A stretch of DNA of 64,000 nt from Williopsis jadinii. Its lineage: Eukaryota. This document shows, piece by piece, positions 45,129 to 55,076 of this stretch. Position numbers and translations under genes: made by a program. Location of the stretch: assembly GCA_024346625.1 (NCBI GenBank), contig AP024667.1:310001-374000 (forward strand), in the 5' to 3' direction. The notes below the pieces were generated by a model. That model worked only from the letters and a program-made list of their open reading frames with translations, searched no databases and was not told the origin of the DNA. Within the stretch, counting starts at the first letter, position 1. Each line of letters begins with the position of its first letter.

Positions 45129-46019
45129 ATGAAGCTCGTACTTGTACTCTCCATGGTCTCACTGTGCTTAGCAGTCCATGTGTGTCCTCAGGACTACACT
45201 GGGATCCGAATCATTCAGCAGCAGAACTTCTATGTGGAATTGAAGTCATGGAAGGACGAGTTACAGACTGTGGTCTGTAACAAAGGCAAGATCATCTCAG
45301 ACTCGTTGTCGTCGTCGCTTGCGATACCAAAGTCTGTGTGCTTCAACTCAGCTTGTTTCAAGATTGGATTGACGAGGCTCCATTCGCAGATCGACCAGTC
45401 GTTGGTGTTCCCTGTCAACTCCACGATTGCAGGTGTGTTTGAGATTGTTCAAGGGGAAGGCTCATCAGATGAGCAATTGATGCCCTATGCTCCGTTGTTA
45501 CAGGACGATATCCAGCGCAGCTGGTTGCACATTGGCAGAAACGTCAAGTCGTGGAATATCCCCTTGTACTACACGGGCGAGGCTGTGGATTCGAAGTGGT
45601 ACGAAGCCATCAGCGCTAATGAGAGGTACACCGTGTCGAAGGAATCCATAAACAAGTTGAAGTCTTTGAAGCCGCTTGTTTGGAGGGAGATCTGGAAGCA
45701 CTTGTCGCTGTACAAAGAGAATTTGAACTCTTTGCGTGACTATACGAGCTCTGTTGATGCTTCATCGCTTAAGAAGAACCAGCGGGTGCAGTTACCGAAG
45801 GTGGATCTTCTTAAGCAGTTCTTAAAGCCCACAGTTGATGCACTAGCTGAAAGGAGATTTGATGTTGGAGAGAAGATCCCAACCAATGTATTCTTGATCT
45901 TGAGTCGTGCTCTTCCAACACCGGTGTTCGTCAACCTCGTGCTGTTTATTGGTGATTTGTACAACTCTGTGAAGCTACACCCTGTGGATGAAATACACTC
46001 GGAATACCAATCGAACTAG
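45129..46019 (+). CDS. Hypothetical secreted protein (296 aa)
   Basis: ATG 45129 begins a signal-peptide-like MKLVLVLSMVSLCLA. The N-terminal part contains several Cys. No family recognised. Confidence 0.65.
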   Translation: MKLVLVLSMVSLCLAVHVCPQDYTGIRIIQQQNFYVELKSWKDELQTVVCNKGKIISDSLSSSLAIPKSVCFNSACFKIGLTRLHSQIDQSLVFPVNSTIAGVFEIVQGEGSSDEQLMPYAPLLQDDIQRSWLHIGRNVKSWNIPLYYTGEAVDSKWYEAISANERYTVSKESINKLKSLKPLVWREIWKHLSLYKENLNSLRDYTSSVDASSLKKNQRVQLPKVDLLKQFLKPTVDALAERRFDVGEKIPTNVFLILSRALPTPVFVNLVLFIGDLYNSVKLHPVDEIHSEYQSN

Positions 46020-46104
46020 ATTATTTTATATAGATGTAATGACTAGAGATTAATGACTATGTGACTTCACCACGTGTGGTTTGTATAACTGACTCTGTAC
46101 AAGA

Positions 46105-47634
46105 TCAATGTGGCAGCTCAAGGACCGGTGCTCTTTCAGCCTCTGATTCTAACTTCTTTCTATCAATGTTCTTAGACTCTTTGGTGATGTATGTCAACAG
46201 ACTGAGACCGAAAACCACTGTCAAGCTCACAAGGAAGACATTCACAGGGATTGGGTTATTGTTTTGATACTTCTTTGTGTACAGGTCGAAGTAAGACTGT
46301 GCGTAGTTGAAGATACCACTGATGCACATCAACAGGCCGTAGACTTGACCAAACGTTGTGAAACCGAACACCTTTGCACTGTAATCAGAGACTGATGTGT
46401 AGTAGAAGGGTCTATACACAACCAGGATGAGAATACCAAGCAGATTGAGTACAAAGCTCTTTACGATACCCATGACACCGATGAAGAGAGACACACACAA
46501 AAGAATGTTCAGCACCGTTACTGTTTGAAAGTTGTCCAAGATCAATCCGATGAATGGGATAGCAATAACACCACCCATAGGTAGAGCAATGTCAAAGATT
46601 CCGTTCAATCTCAGTGCGGATTCTGGACCAACGAGGTACTCCTCTTGGGATCTAACTGTTGCAACAAAGTAGTTGATTCTAATCATCTGCACAGTGGTGA
46701 AGAGACACATCAAGATGAAGAATGGCGACTTCAATTGGGTTTTCACAGGCTCACCATCAAGAATACCAAATATGTTACCGGACTTTTGAGTCAACTCATG
46801 TTCAACGTACTCCTCATAGACGGATTTACGTCTTGAGCCGTCAGGCGTTAGACTCGTAGTCAAAGTACCACCAATCTCGGCAGCATTTGCTGAAAGCAAC
46901 GAGGTACGCTCATCCACATCTGGAATGATACCACTACCATCGTCACCATCAACGAGCTGTCCATTTTCATCCAAGCCTTCAATCACCAACTTCTGCACGG
47001 ATCCCAATGTCTTGTAAGATTCGTGTGGCATAATAAACACCTGACACAAGAAGATGAACAATGGCACAACGAGGTAAACAGTGAAGAAAGTGTGTAAGCC
47101 GATCTCCACAACGTTCTGGTAAACGAGTCTGTAGCACAGGAACACCGCAGAGGATGTATCGAATGCACCCGTCAACAAGGCCAATATCATACCGCTATAA
47201 CGGGGAAACGAGTTTGCCAACTGGAAGCTCGAGATGAACACGAATGGACCACCAAGGGCCATCAGCACATAGCCGGTGATGTAAGGGTCACCGATGAAGC
47301 CAAAGAACCCTGACAGGCATAGCGCACCGAGGGCGATGCAAACACTCCCAATGAGCCCACACACACGAGGACCCTTACGGTCCAGAATGTTACCAACTAA
47401 CAGGGCGGCAACGTTGGTCACCACGGCGGCAACGGTAAACATCTTATTCAGCTTCAGGTCCTGTGCGATACAGGCACCAGCAGTCTCTGAGCAGAGCTCA
47501 GAGTAGATCCCTTCAGCAATCAGGATAGGCTTCAGAGCAGCAAACCCGAACACTGGGCCAGCAGCAAAGAGACACCACAGAATGGCACATACGATCTGGA
47601 CGATCTTCGTACGGTTGGACGGATGCTCTGCCAT
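46105..47634 (-). CDS. FMP42: SLC43/LAT3-type MFS transporter Fmp42
   Basis: LFAAGPVFGFAALKPIL, GAFDTSS, QMIRINYFVATVRSQ and YRPFYYT, with about 12 TMs. Confidence 0.92.
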   Translation of the reverse strand: MAEHPSNRTKIVQIVCAILWCLFAAGPVFGFAALKPILIAEGIYSELCSETAGACIAQDLKLNKMFTVAAVVTNVAALLVGNILDRKGPRVCGLIGSVCIALGALCLSGFFGFIGDPYITGYVLMALGGPFVFISSFQLANSFPRYSGMILALLTGAFDTSSAVFLCYRLVYQNVVEIGLHTFFTVYLVVPLFIFLCQVFIMPHESYKTLGSVQKLVIEGLDENGQLVDGDDGSGIIPDVDERTSLLSANAAEIGGTLTTSLTPDGSRRKSVYEEYVEHELTQKSGNIFGILDGEPVKTQLKSPFFILMCLFTTVQMIRINYFVATVRSQEEYLVGPESALRLNGIFDIALPMGGVIAIPFIGLILDNFQTVTVLNILLCVSLFIGVMGIVKSFVLNLLGILILVVYRPFYYTSVSDYSAKVFGFTTFGQVYGLLMCISGIFNYAQSYFDLYTKKYQNNNPIPVNVFLVSLTVVFGLSLLTYITKESKNIDRKKLESEAERAPVLELPH

Positions 47635-48239
47635 TGTTCAGCACAGTGCAAAGAGAGAGAATTAGCAAATAGCGTCTGAATGGAAGAGAGGAAAAAGGAA
47701 GGAAGCTTTGCAATATATGGCTGCCTATTTATTTACATCATCGTTTTCTCCGGCTTTTTCTTATCTGTCGAAGAGGAAAAAATTCAATCATGGACATCTC
47801 CGAAACCGAGAGCCTCTGCATGCGAGCAATTACGTAATCTATGTGAAATGCGTTATACTACGGGATTGGTCCAGTTGGTCCGAGCATGGTGGAGACTTGG
47901 ATCAAGAGAGGCTCCCGTTAGTGATCTGTATAGCGTTGTGTTTGGCAGTGGTGATCGGGCTGTATACTCTTCTTCACTTTAAAGCCCGTGGAGTTGACGA
48001 TCTTTGAGGTAGCCGTGATTTTGTTTCTTATCAGAAGATGCAATCATTCACCGTATGCAACAGCGACACGTTACGTCAGAGCACAGCTCCAGTGTGTATT
48101 GTCCTTGTAGTGTGTTTGCCTGAACAATGAGCCTGATGTCCATGTTGACATTGGTACACTGCTGTAGCTGAAAAGACACGAGCTCTGGCTTGGTATATTT
48201 GCACAGGGTCTGTGTACCAGGTGAGTTGCCATCACCAAT

Positions 48240-48300
48240 ATAGGAGTGGGATTATAGGGCCGGGATTATAGGGCCGAGATAATAGGAGTGGGATAATGGG
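48240..48300. repeat. 14-bp G-rich minisatellite, ~4.4 copies
   Basis: ataggagtgggatt / atagggccgggatt / atagggccgagata / ataggagtgggata / atggg. Confidence 0.85.
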
Positions 48301-48495
48301 AGAAGAACAGCACTCTTACTCCCTAAATCCTTACATAAGGGCTACTGCAATGTTCAAAGTATATTACATTGTTCAATCTATTAAACCCTTCTTGTCCCCT
48401 GTAAAAATAAACACATTATAAATACCCATCTAATGTACAACTGGATATGTTGGTATAAAAACAAGCACTGGCCCTTTGTAAGACTGCTTCACTAG

Positions 48496-51400
48496 TCATG
48501 CACCAACTTTCTTGTCACCAGCAGCGGCAGTGAGCCCAGGCTTACGCAAACCATTGGTAAAAGTAGAAGGCTTGCGTAACCCACCGCCAAACTTTGGTCT
48601 CATCAACAGCTTCTCCTTCTTTATCACTGAAGTGGAAACACTCGTTGAAGATGGCGAGGACGACGCTGATGGAGGTTTGGAGCTCGCTTGTGTAGACGCA
48701 GGAGCCTCCTTCTTAAAAGTTGGTATCTTGATGGTAGAACGTGGATTGTTAGGCGGTGATGGTGCCTTAGCCTTTGGTGTAGGACGAGATGGTAGGACTG
48801 TCGTGGTAGTGGATGGCTTCGATGATGCCTCCTTTGTCGTTGTTGTCGCTGGTGTCACTGTTATGCTCTTCGCAACCGGAACAGCCAAAGTCTTCATGGA
48901 TTCCACCAACTTTGTTTGGGAACCTCCATCATTTGACTTATCATTACCATTACCATCGTCACCATCTTCATCATCAACAACAGTGGCGTTATCCTTCACA
49001 TCTTTCTTTCTATCTTTAGAGTCAAACCCGGGCATTCTAATTAACTTCAGTTTGGCTTTATTAACGTTAAAGCCAGTCAACACATCACTGGTTCTTTTCT
49101 GTGGAATAACTCTAGGAGTATTCTGAGAAACAGCTGAAACAAGTTGTTGTTCCTTCTGAGCAACCATGGACTGGGCATCAACTTGGGACTCAAAGTCATG
49201 GACATCAAGTGTCTGAAGATGTGACTCTTGCAGTTCCCCACCACTAGATGCAGAGATTAATTTAGAAAGCTCATGATCAAGAATCTTAGCATCTTCAAGT
49301 TCCGAAGTTTTGTTAAAGCCCGCAAGTGATTCAATGACTGCATTGTCAAGACTATCAATGTCATCACGATGTTGTTGTTGCTGCTGCTGCTGCTGCTCCT
49401 GCTGTTGTTGCTGCTGTTGCTGCTGTTGTTTTTGTTCGCCATTGGTACGAGACTTTGGTTTTCCCAGAGAATTGGAAACGATCTGTTTAACAACACCAGA
49501 AAGAGTCTCTTCATCTACATTGTGAATATCCAACTTATTCAAGGTATCACTGATAGCCGCAGTCAAGTCTTCCAACTTGGCACTCCGGATGATACGTCTG
49601 TTCTTTCTTTTCTCAAACTCAGCTTCAATCCAATCTAGTTTCTTCTGTGAATCTTCAGCTCCAAACAGATGAATGGCCCTCTTTTTCAATCTTGCTCTCA
49701 AATCATTATTTTGATTCTTCAAACGATTGGCATCCCTCCATCTCTTCTTTCTCTCACGATTTTCCAGTCTGATTCTCTCTTTCTGTTGTTCAGGTGTCTC
49801 ATCCTTCGCTGGAAGACTCTTTTTCTTAAATGGCTTCGTATTTTCCCTGCGTTGAGGTTGTTGAGCTGTGTTAGCCAATGCCTGTGAAATTGCAGACGAT
49901 ATCAAAGATTGTAAATGAGATGGCAAGTTCGGCAATAAACTTCCAATGTTGTTCAACAAAAGAGTTCCCTGAGCACCTGGCGTAACAGGTAATTGTGGAC
50001 TTGAAACACCGGAATTTGCTTTTGAAGATGATCCGCTATCAAGAGAATCTTTTGCCAAAATCTCACTGGCCAAAGTTAGTGCAGACTCAAGAGTATGCTT
50101 GTCGCCTTGGTCTGAATTCTCAAAGTCATAACCCACCTGTCTATACAGTCCCTCTTGGTCCTGGTGGCCAGAAACTTGTGGATAAGTGGCTGGCTGAGAT
50201 AGCTGGGCAACGTATTGATTATTAGTTGAAGGTTGCGCCGACCCAACTTGCGATGTAATTTGCGATGACGGGGATCTCAAAACAGAGCCAGATACTTCCT
50301 GAGAAGGACTTTGTTCAGAAGCAAGCTTTTGCTGTGATTCTTCTTGCGATTTTGCATTCAACTTAGAAGAAAACTTTCCACTTGACATCGATTGACGACT
50401 CAACGCCAATGTCTCTGCAATTGATAAAGATGTCTTCTTTTGTTTTGTAGAATTAGCCAGATCAATAGAGGTATCTTTAGATAGTAATACTAATGGTGGT
50501 ACCTTTTTCACAGAATCAAGAATTGAATTGGCAGGTGCCGGCTTTGGGAACTTTGGTTCCGGTACTAGGACATTAGAAGCGGATTTCCCAGATAAACCAG
50601 TGGAGTTAGATATTGAGACAGCTTGCTGAGATGGTTGTTTACTAGACAATGCAGCTTGATTCGATTGCAGCAGATGTTTCTGCTGCTGCTGTTGTTGTAG
50701 TGGTGCTTGCTGCTGGTTCTTCTGCTGTTGTAGTAATTGCTGCTGCTGTAATAACAACATTTGCTGTTGTTGTTGCTGAATCTGTTGCTGAAATTGAACT
50801 TGTAAGCTCTGTGGCAAGTGCTGAAGGTTCTGTGGGAATGGGATACCAGTAATACTGAATTGTGGATTCGGTACAAAATTTGGGATTTGAGATACCACTG
50901 GTTGATTCTTCTTCTTCTTTGTAGCCTTACGAGGCTGTCTAGGCTTCTTCTCTTTTTGTGATTTCTTTTCCTTAGTTTTGGTGGTTTTATTCTTTGACCC
51001 TTTTGTTTGTTCTTCAGATTGTTGAAGCATTTGACCCAAGAAAGCTGAATCAAAGTCCTCACTAATGTTAAGATTCTGTAATAAGGTGTTTGGATCTTCA
51101 ACAGCCAATGCCAAAGCATTCTGCATGATCTGGTTCATATCAATGTCCTCCTCATCAACAGAAGTTACATGCACTCCTTGTTGTTCCTGAGCTTTATCAC
51201 TCGCATCAACTTGAGTTTCAACAACATTCCGTACCAACTCTGCCAAAGCGTCCTTGTAGGGGTCCTCTTCAATGGCTCCATTTTCTTGCGAATTCTGTGA
51301 AGTAACAGTCTTTGATTCATTGAAAGCTTGCAATATTTGATTATGAAGTTCTTGTTCGAGATCTGCACCCAAACCATCTTGATTTGAAGCTTGCTTCTCC

Positions 51401-52221
51401 TGAGCACCTGAAACATTCACTTGAGAACTTTGACTATCTTCAGTAGCGGCGAAGGCATCCATGATTTGCTTATGAAGTTGTGCTTCATAGTTGACCTCTT
51501 CTGGCTGAGTCACTGTTTGTTCCTGTTGAGTTTGAATATTCTTTTTCAGCTGTGGAGCCGAATGAGGGGCATTAAATTGTACAGACTGGGCTGTAGAGTC
51601 AGTATGAAACTGTTTAGACTCCTCAACGACGGCATCAGTAGCATTTATTGCCTGCAAGATTTGATCAACGTCCTGCTGGTCTGTGGATGTGTTACCGTTA
51701 TCATCAAGCGCATCCATTATTTGACGCGTCAGCTCTTGTTCATAGTCGATAGCCATCGCTGGCGCATCCACACGGGTATTATCTTCAACAGGTTCTGACT
51801 GTTCCATAGCATGCTTTGCCATCTCTTCTTCCATCTGTTGTTGTAACTGTCTTTCAATTTCTTTGGCAAAATCATCATCTTCTTCTTTAATGTTATTACT
51901 ACCATTACTGGCTTCCTGAGTCGCAGGTTGAGCCGTGGTTTCAATGGCAGTAGTTGAATCAACCGTCTCCCCCACCGCATCAATCGTGGATTGAACTTCA
52001 ACACCTACTTGGTCATTCCCATGGTTACCAGTGCCATGCTCCTGCAATTGTGCCTCCAATTGCCGCTGAATTTCTTGTTCGAACTCATCAACATCATTGT
52101 TTTGATTTTGGGCTTGTTGATCATCAGGCCCAAGTTGGCTCTCAACTAGGCCTTCCATGGCCTGCTGAACAACAGACGCGATGTCATCTTCAGTGAACTC
52201 GTGTGTTTCTTCGTTTGACAT
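48496..52221 (-). CDS. SPP41: Large Q-rich nuclear protein with DUF3020-type basic domain, Spp41-like
   Basis: ERIRLENRERKKRWR...NDLRARLKKRA..LFG, LSIAETL motif and poly-Q tracts. First ATG at 52221. Confidence 0.75.
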   Translation of the reverse strand: MSNEETHEFTEDDIASVVQQAMEGLVESQLGPDDQQAQNQNNDVDEFEQEIQRQLEAQLQEHGTGNHGNDQVGVEVQSTIDAVGETVDSTTAIETTAQPATQEASNGSNNIKEEDDDFAKEIERQLQQQMEEEMAKHAMEQSEPVEDNTRVDAPAMAIDYEQELTRQIMDALDDNGNTSTDQQDVDQILQAINATDAVVEESKQFHTDSTAQSVQFNAPHSAPQLKKNIQTQQEQTVTQPEEVNYEAQLHKQIMDAFAATEDSQSSQVNVSGAQEKQASNQDGLGADLEQELHNQILQAFNESKTVTSQNSQENGAIEEDPYKDALAELVRNVVETQVDASDKAQEQQGVHVTSVDEEDIDMNQIMQNALALAVEDPNTLLQNLNISEDFDSAFLGQMLQQSEEQTKGSKNKTTKTKEKKSQKEKKPRQPRKATKKKKNQPVVSQIPNFVPNPQFSITGIPFPQNLQHLPQSLQVQFQQQIQQQQQQMLLLQQQQLLQQQKNQQQAPLQQQQQQKHLLQSNQAALSSKQPSQQAVSISNSTGLSGKSASNVLVPEPKFPKPAPANSILDSVKKVPPLVLLSKDTSIDLANSTKQKKTSLSIAETLALSRQSMSSGKFSSKLNAKSQEESQQKLASEQSPSQEVSGSVLRSPSSQITSQVGSAQPSTNNQYVAQLSQPATYPQVSGHQDQEGLYRQVGYDFENSDQGDKHTLESALTLASEILAKDSLDSGSSSKANSGVSSPQLPVTPGAQGTLLLNNIGSLLPNLPSHLQSLISSAISQALANTAQQPQRRENTKPFKKKSLPAKDETPEQQKERIRLENRERKKRWRDANRLKNQNNDLRARLKKRAIHLFGAEDSQKKLDWIEAEFEKRKNRRIIRSAKLEDLTAAISDTLNKLDIHNVDEETLSGVVKQIVSNSLGKPKSRTNGEQKQQQQQQQQQQEQQQQQQQQHRDDIDSLDNAVIESLAGFNKTSELEDAKILDHELSKLISASSGGELQESHLQTLDVHDFESQVDAQSMVAQKEQQLVSAVSQNTPRVIPQKRTSDVLTGFNVNKAKLKLIRMPGFDSKDRKKDVKDNATVVDDEDGDDGNGNDKSNDGGSQTKLVESMKTLAVPVAKSITVTPATTTTKEASSKPSTTTTVLPSRPTPKAKAPSPPNNPRSTIKIPTFKKEAPASTQASSKPPSASSSPSSTSVSTSVIKKEKLLMRPKFGGGLRKPSTFTNGLRKPGLTAAAGDKKVGA

Positions 52222-53578
52222 GCTGGCACAACAACTTCCAACGCGCAATGGCTTCCTACCTGTTGATAGCGTTTGTTATTGGTAAACTGTGTGTTAGCTG
52301 TGGTGGGTGGCCCCCTGTGGAAAGCAGACAGCAACAGTCACTCCCCTGAAGTCGTCAAGCTTTGTTCCAGTCGTAGTCTGTTGGCGTGATGTGCTGTCCC
52401 CCCTTTCAATTCCTTGATGTTATAGAGACAGTGTATAGGCTTTACCCCAGATCTTATCAGACGTGATGTGGTGATGTTTTGAGAAGGTAAACAAACAAGG
52501 GATGAGTGACTGCTAAGTGACTGTGAAAATTTTCGTAGCCCTGATCACGACATTCCGCACTCCCACTTTATCAGGGAACGCAGTATGGGTGTGCGGATGT
52601 AACCACACTTTAGGGCTCCCACTTTACCAGGTACACGCAAAAAGAAGCGGACTGAGAACTACGCGTGGAATATATGATACAGCGTAACTCTCAGAACGAT
52701 AACAGGCGGAGGAGTTCTAGCGGAGTACAATACACTGTGGATGAGCATGGTGATGGGGTTCGATGACAACAGACGCATTTTAAGGGGCGGTATGGGGGAA
52801 GAACAGGTCACTTTTGGGTTATACAGTGATGTAGATACTCTGTGCGAAGATTAGTGACGTTTGGAGGTGTATGCCACGGATGGCGAGCCATTTTATACCT
52901 GGATGGTTGATCCGACTGAAGGGTGCACAGTTCTTTGAGCACAGGGAATGGCGCTTTACCCAGGGCTGGTCAAACTAGGGTGCAATGTACCGTGCCATGA
53001 ATGGTAGTGCCATTCCTTACTGACGTCCATATCACCCGTAACTCAGCGGGAATATGGGTTTACAGATGTGACACCCAAGGAGTGGCATAGAGAGATGTGT
53101 GGACTATACCTTATCTGGGGGTAGTTAGTACTCTTTTGAACATTGGAATGACCCTGAGGAAGTGATATAAATGAGCTCGTGTGATTGGATTACACTAAGG
53201 ATCAGTACTAAAGGAACTCAAGGTGTTAAGTGTAATACCTTGTTTTCCTAGGACCCCGACACACCATTTCTGTAATCACCAGAAATAACGCATTCTATGT
53301 TCCATTCACTTACACGCAAAGGAGAGGTGAAACACCAGCAACAGTGCTCTCTTACCACTGTGCTTCATATGGGGTGTGATATCATCATACCCGCAAGTTC
53401 TAGAGGAACGAGGATATGTCACATAACACCTGCACACCGGAATCGGACCGACCCAATATTGGCGTTGACTACAGTGGTGAAATGGACATATGAAGAGACG
53501 TAAATTCATGAGATAAAGAAAGTGTCCATGATTATCATTTTGGATGCTCGATTCTGGTCATACGATAGCACCATCTTA

Positions 53579-54522
53579 CTACAATTTGAACCCAGCAACG
53601 ACAGGTCTGTGGTCACTGAACTTGAGTTCTTCAAAGCCGTTTGGAAGCACTCCATAGTAGTCAGAGTCCAGGCCCTTGACGAATATGAAGTCGATAATCA
53701 CATCAGCTTCATCTTGAAAGCCAGTATATGTGCCAGTGAAACCATACTTGATCTTGCTGACCAAACGGGTATCACTGTAGTACTTGGAAATCTCCTTGTA
53801 CGCATCCTCTGTTGGAGGCGAGTTAAAGTCACCAGACAAGAGGATTGGACCGTCATGCCATTCGAGGCTGGCAATCAGGGCCATGGACTTCTCACGTGCA
53901 ACGACTCCCAAGTGATCCAAATGCGTGTTGTAAAAGTTGAAAGTGTAGCCTCCACTCTTAGTCTTGAGTTGTGTCAAGGTTGCAATTCTTGGTAGAGCTG
54001 CATCCCATCCCTTGGAAGGAACGTCTGGCGTCTCACTGAGCCACAAGGTCTTGGAATCAAGCAATGTGAACTGAGTGGTATCGTACAAGACAGGGGAATA
54101 TTCGCCGCTTTCACCCCCATCACGACCAACACCATAGTACGCCCAGTCACCACCCAGTAACTCCAGGATGTCATCCAATTGGCTCTTCAGCACCTCCTGT
54201 AAGCCCACCACGGTATTTCCCCTGGAGGCAAAGAACTTGATACTCTGAACGACATCGTACTTACGATCAGACCAAGGCTTTTCGGCAGCACCGGGGTCGT
54301 CGTAGCAAACCTGATGTTGTTGGAATACACCTGAAGGTGTCCGCCTTGGTCAATTGGAGCTGCCCTAGTGATATTCAACAAGAGTGTGAAAACAATCAAG
54401 ATGATAGAGGAGAGCGCAAGCATTTTGTACAGGTTCTGGTATCTTCCGGTTCGTGTATCGTCAGCCACAACGACGCGTTCAGAAACACCATCTTCACCAT
54501 CTTCTAACCTGATATAGCTCAT
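53579..54522 (-). CDS. Endonuclease/exonuclease/phosphatase-family enzyme with N-terminal membrane anchor; split by a -1 frame break near 54291-54296
   Basis: Frame A carries a TM helix and YSNNIRFA. Frame B carries EKPWSDR, GLQEV, WLSETP, NTHLD, GDFNS, IDFIF and SDHRPV. One extra base in CCCCGG joins them. Confidence 0.85.
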
Positions 54523-55076
54523 CCTGGCCTTTTATACTAAAAACTGTACACGCTTCACAACGATTCCAGGCTCACTTGGACTACCTGTCTTAATAATATT
54601 GTCGCTATAGCTGATTTGAATGGCAATATCGTCATCATCGGTACCAGCCAGGATTAATTTTTTCGCTGTCTCCCCGTGTGAGTGACCCACGTTTCGCCAG
54701 TCCTAAGCTTATACAGGCCAATGTCAACGTGTAACGTCAGCCAATGAGAGGATGTGCGATGAAGGAGAATTCTTCAGACGTGTTCAGGCATGCGCGTAGA
54801 ATCACAGGCAGAAAGTACACTGTGTAAAACAGTACAACTAATTGCCCACATGGTTAAGATTAACGTAGGGGCTATGCACGTACCTTACAGGTACATACAA
54901 GGTACATATAAACCTGTCACTATTGCGATGTTAGCCATGTGCTGTGCAATGCTTCCTATGAATGATGGCTTCTCGTGATTTAGCCACGGAATCAGTATAT
55001 ACTATTATGGTGATCATCGCACACGTGCTTAGCCATAATTGAACCCCTAGAGACCATGTGGTTATAGTCTTGAAGA

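Noticed and set aside
47708..48007. 99-aa ORF with a C-terminal hydrophobic helix
   Set aside because: It has a non-ATG start with no in-frame ATG, lies in the FMP42 promoter, and shows no recognisable homology.
52250..53570. 1.3 kb spacer with a short direct repeat (ctcccacttta..cagg x2 near 52559 and 52616)
   Set aside because: The repeat is short and isolated, with no ORF or RNA motif support; treated as ordinary promoter sequence.
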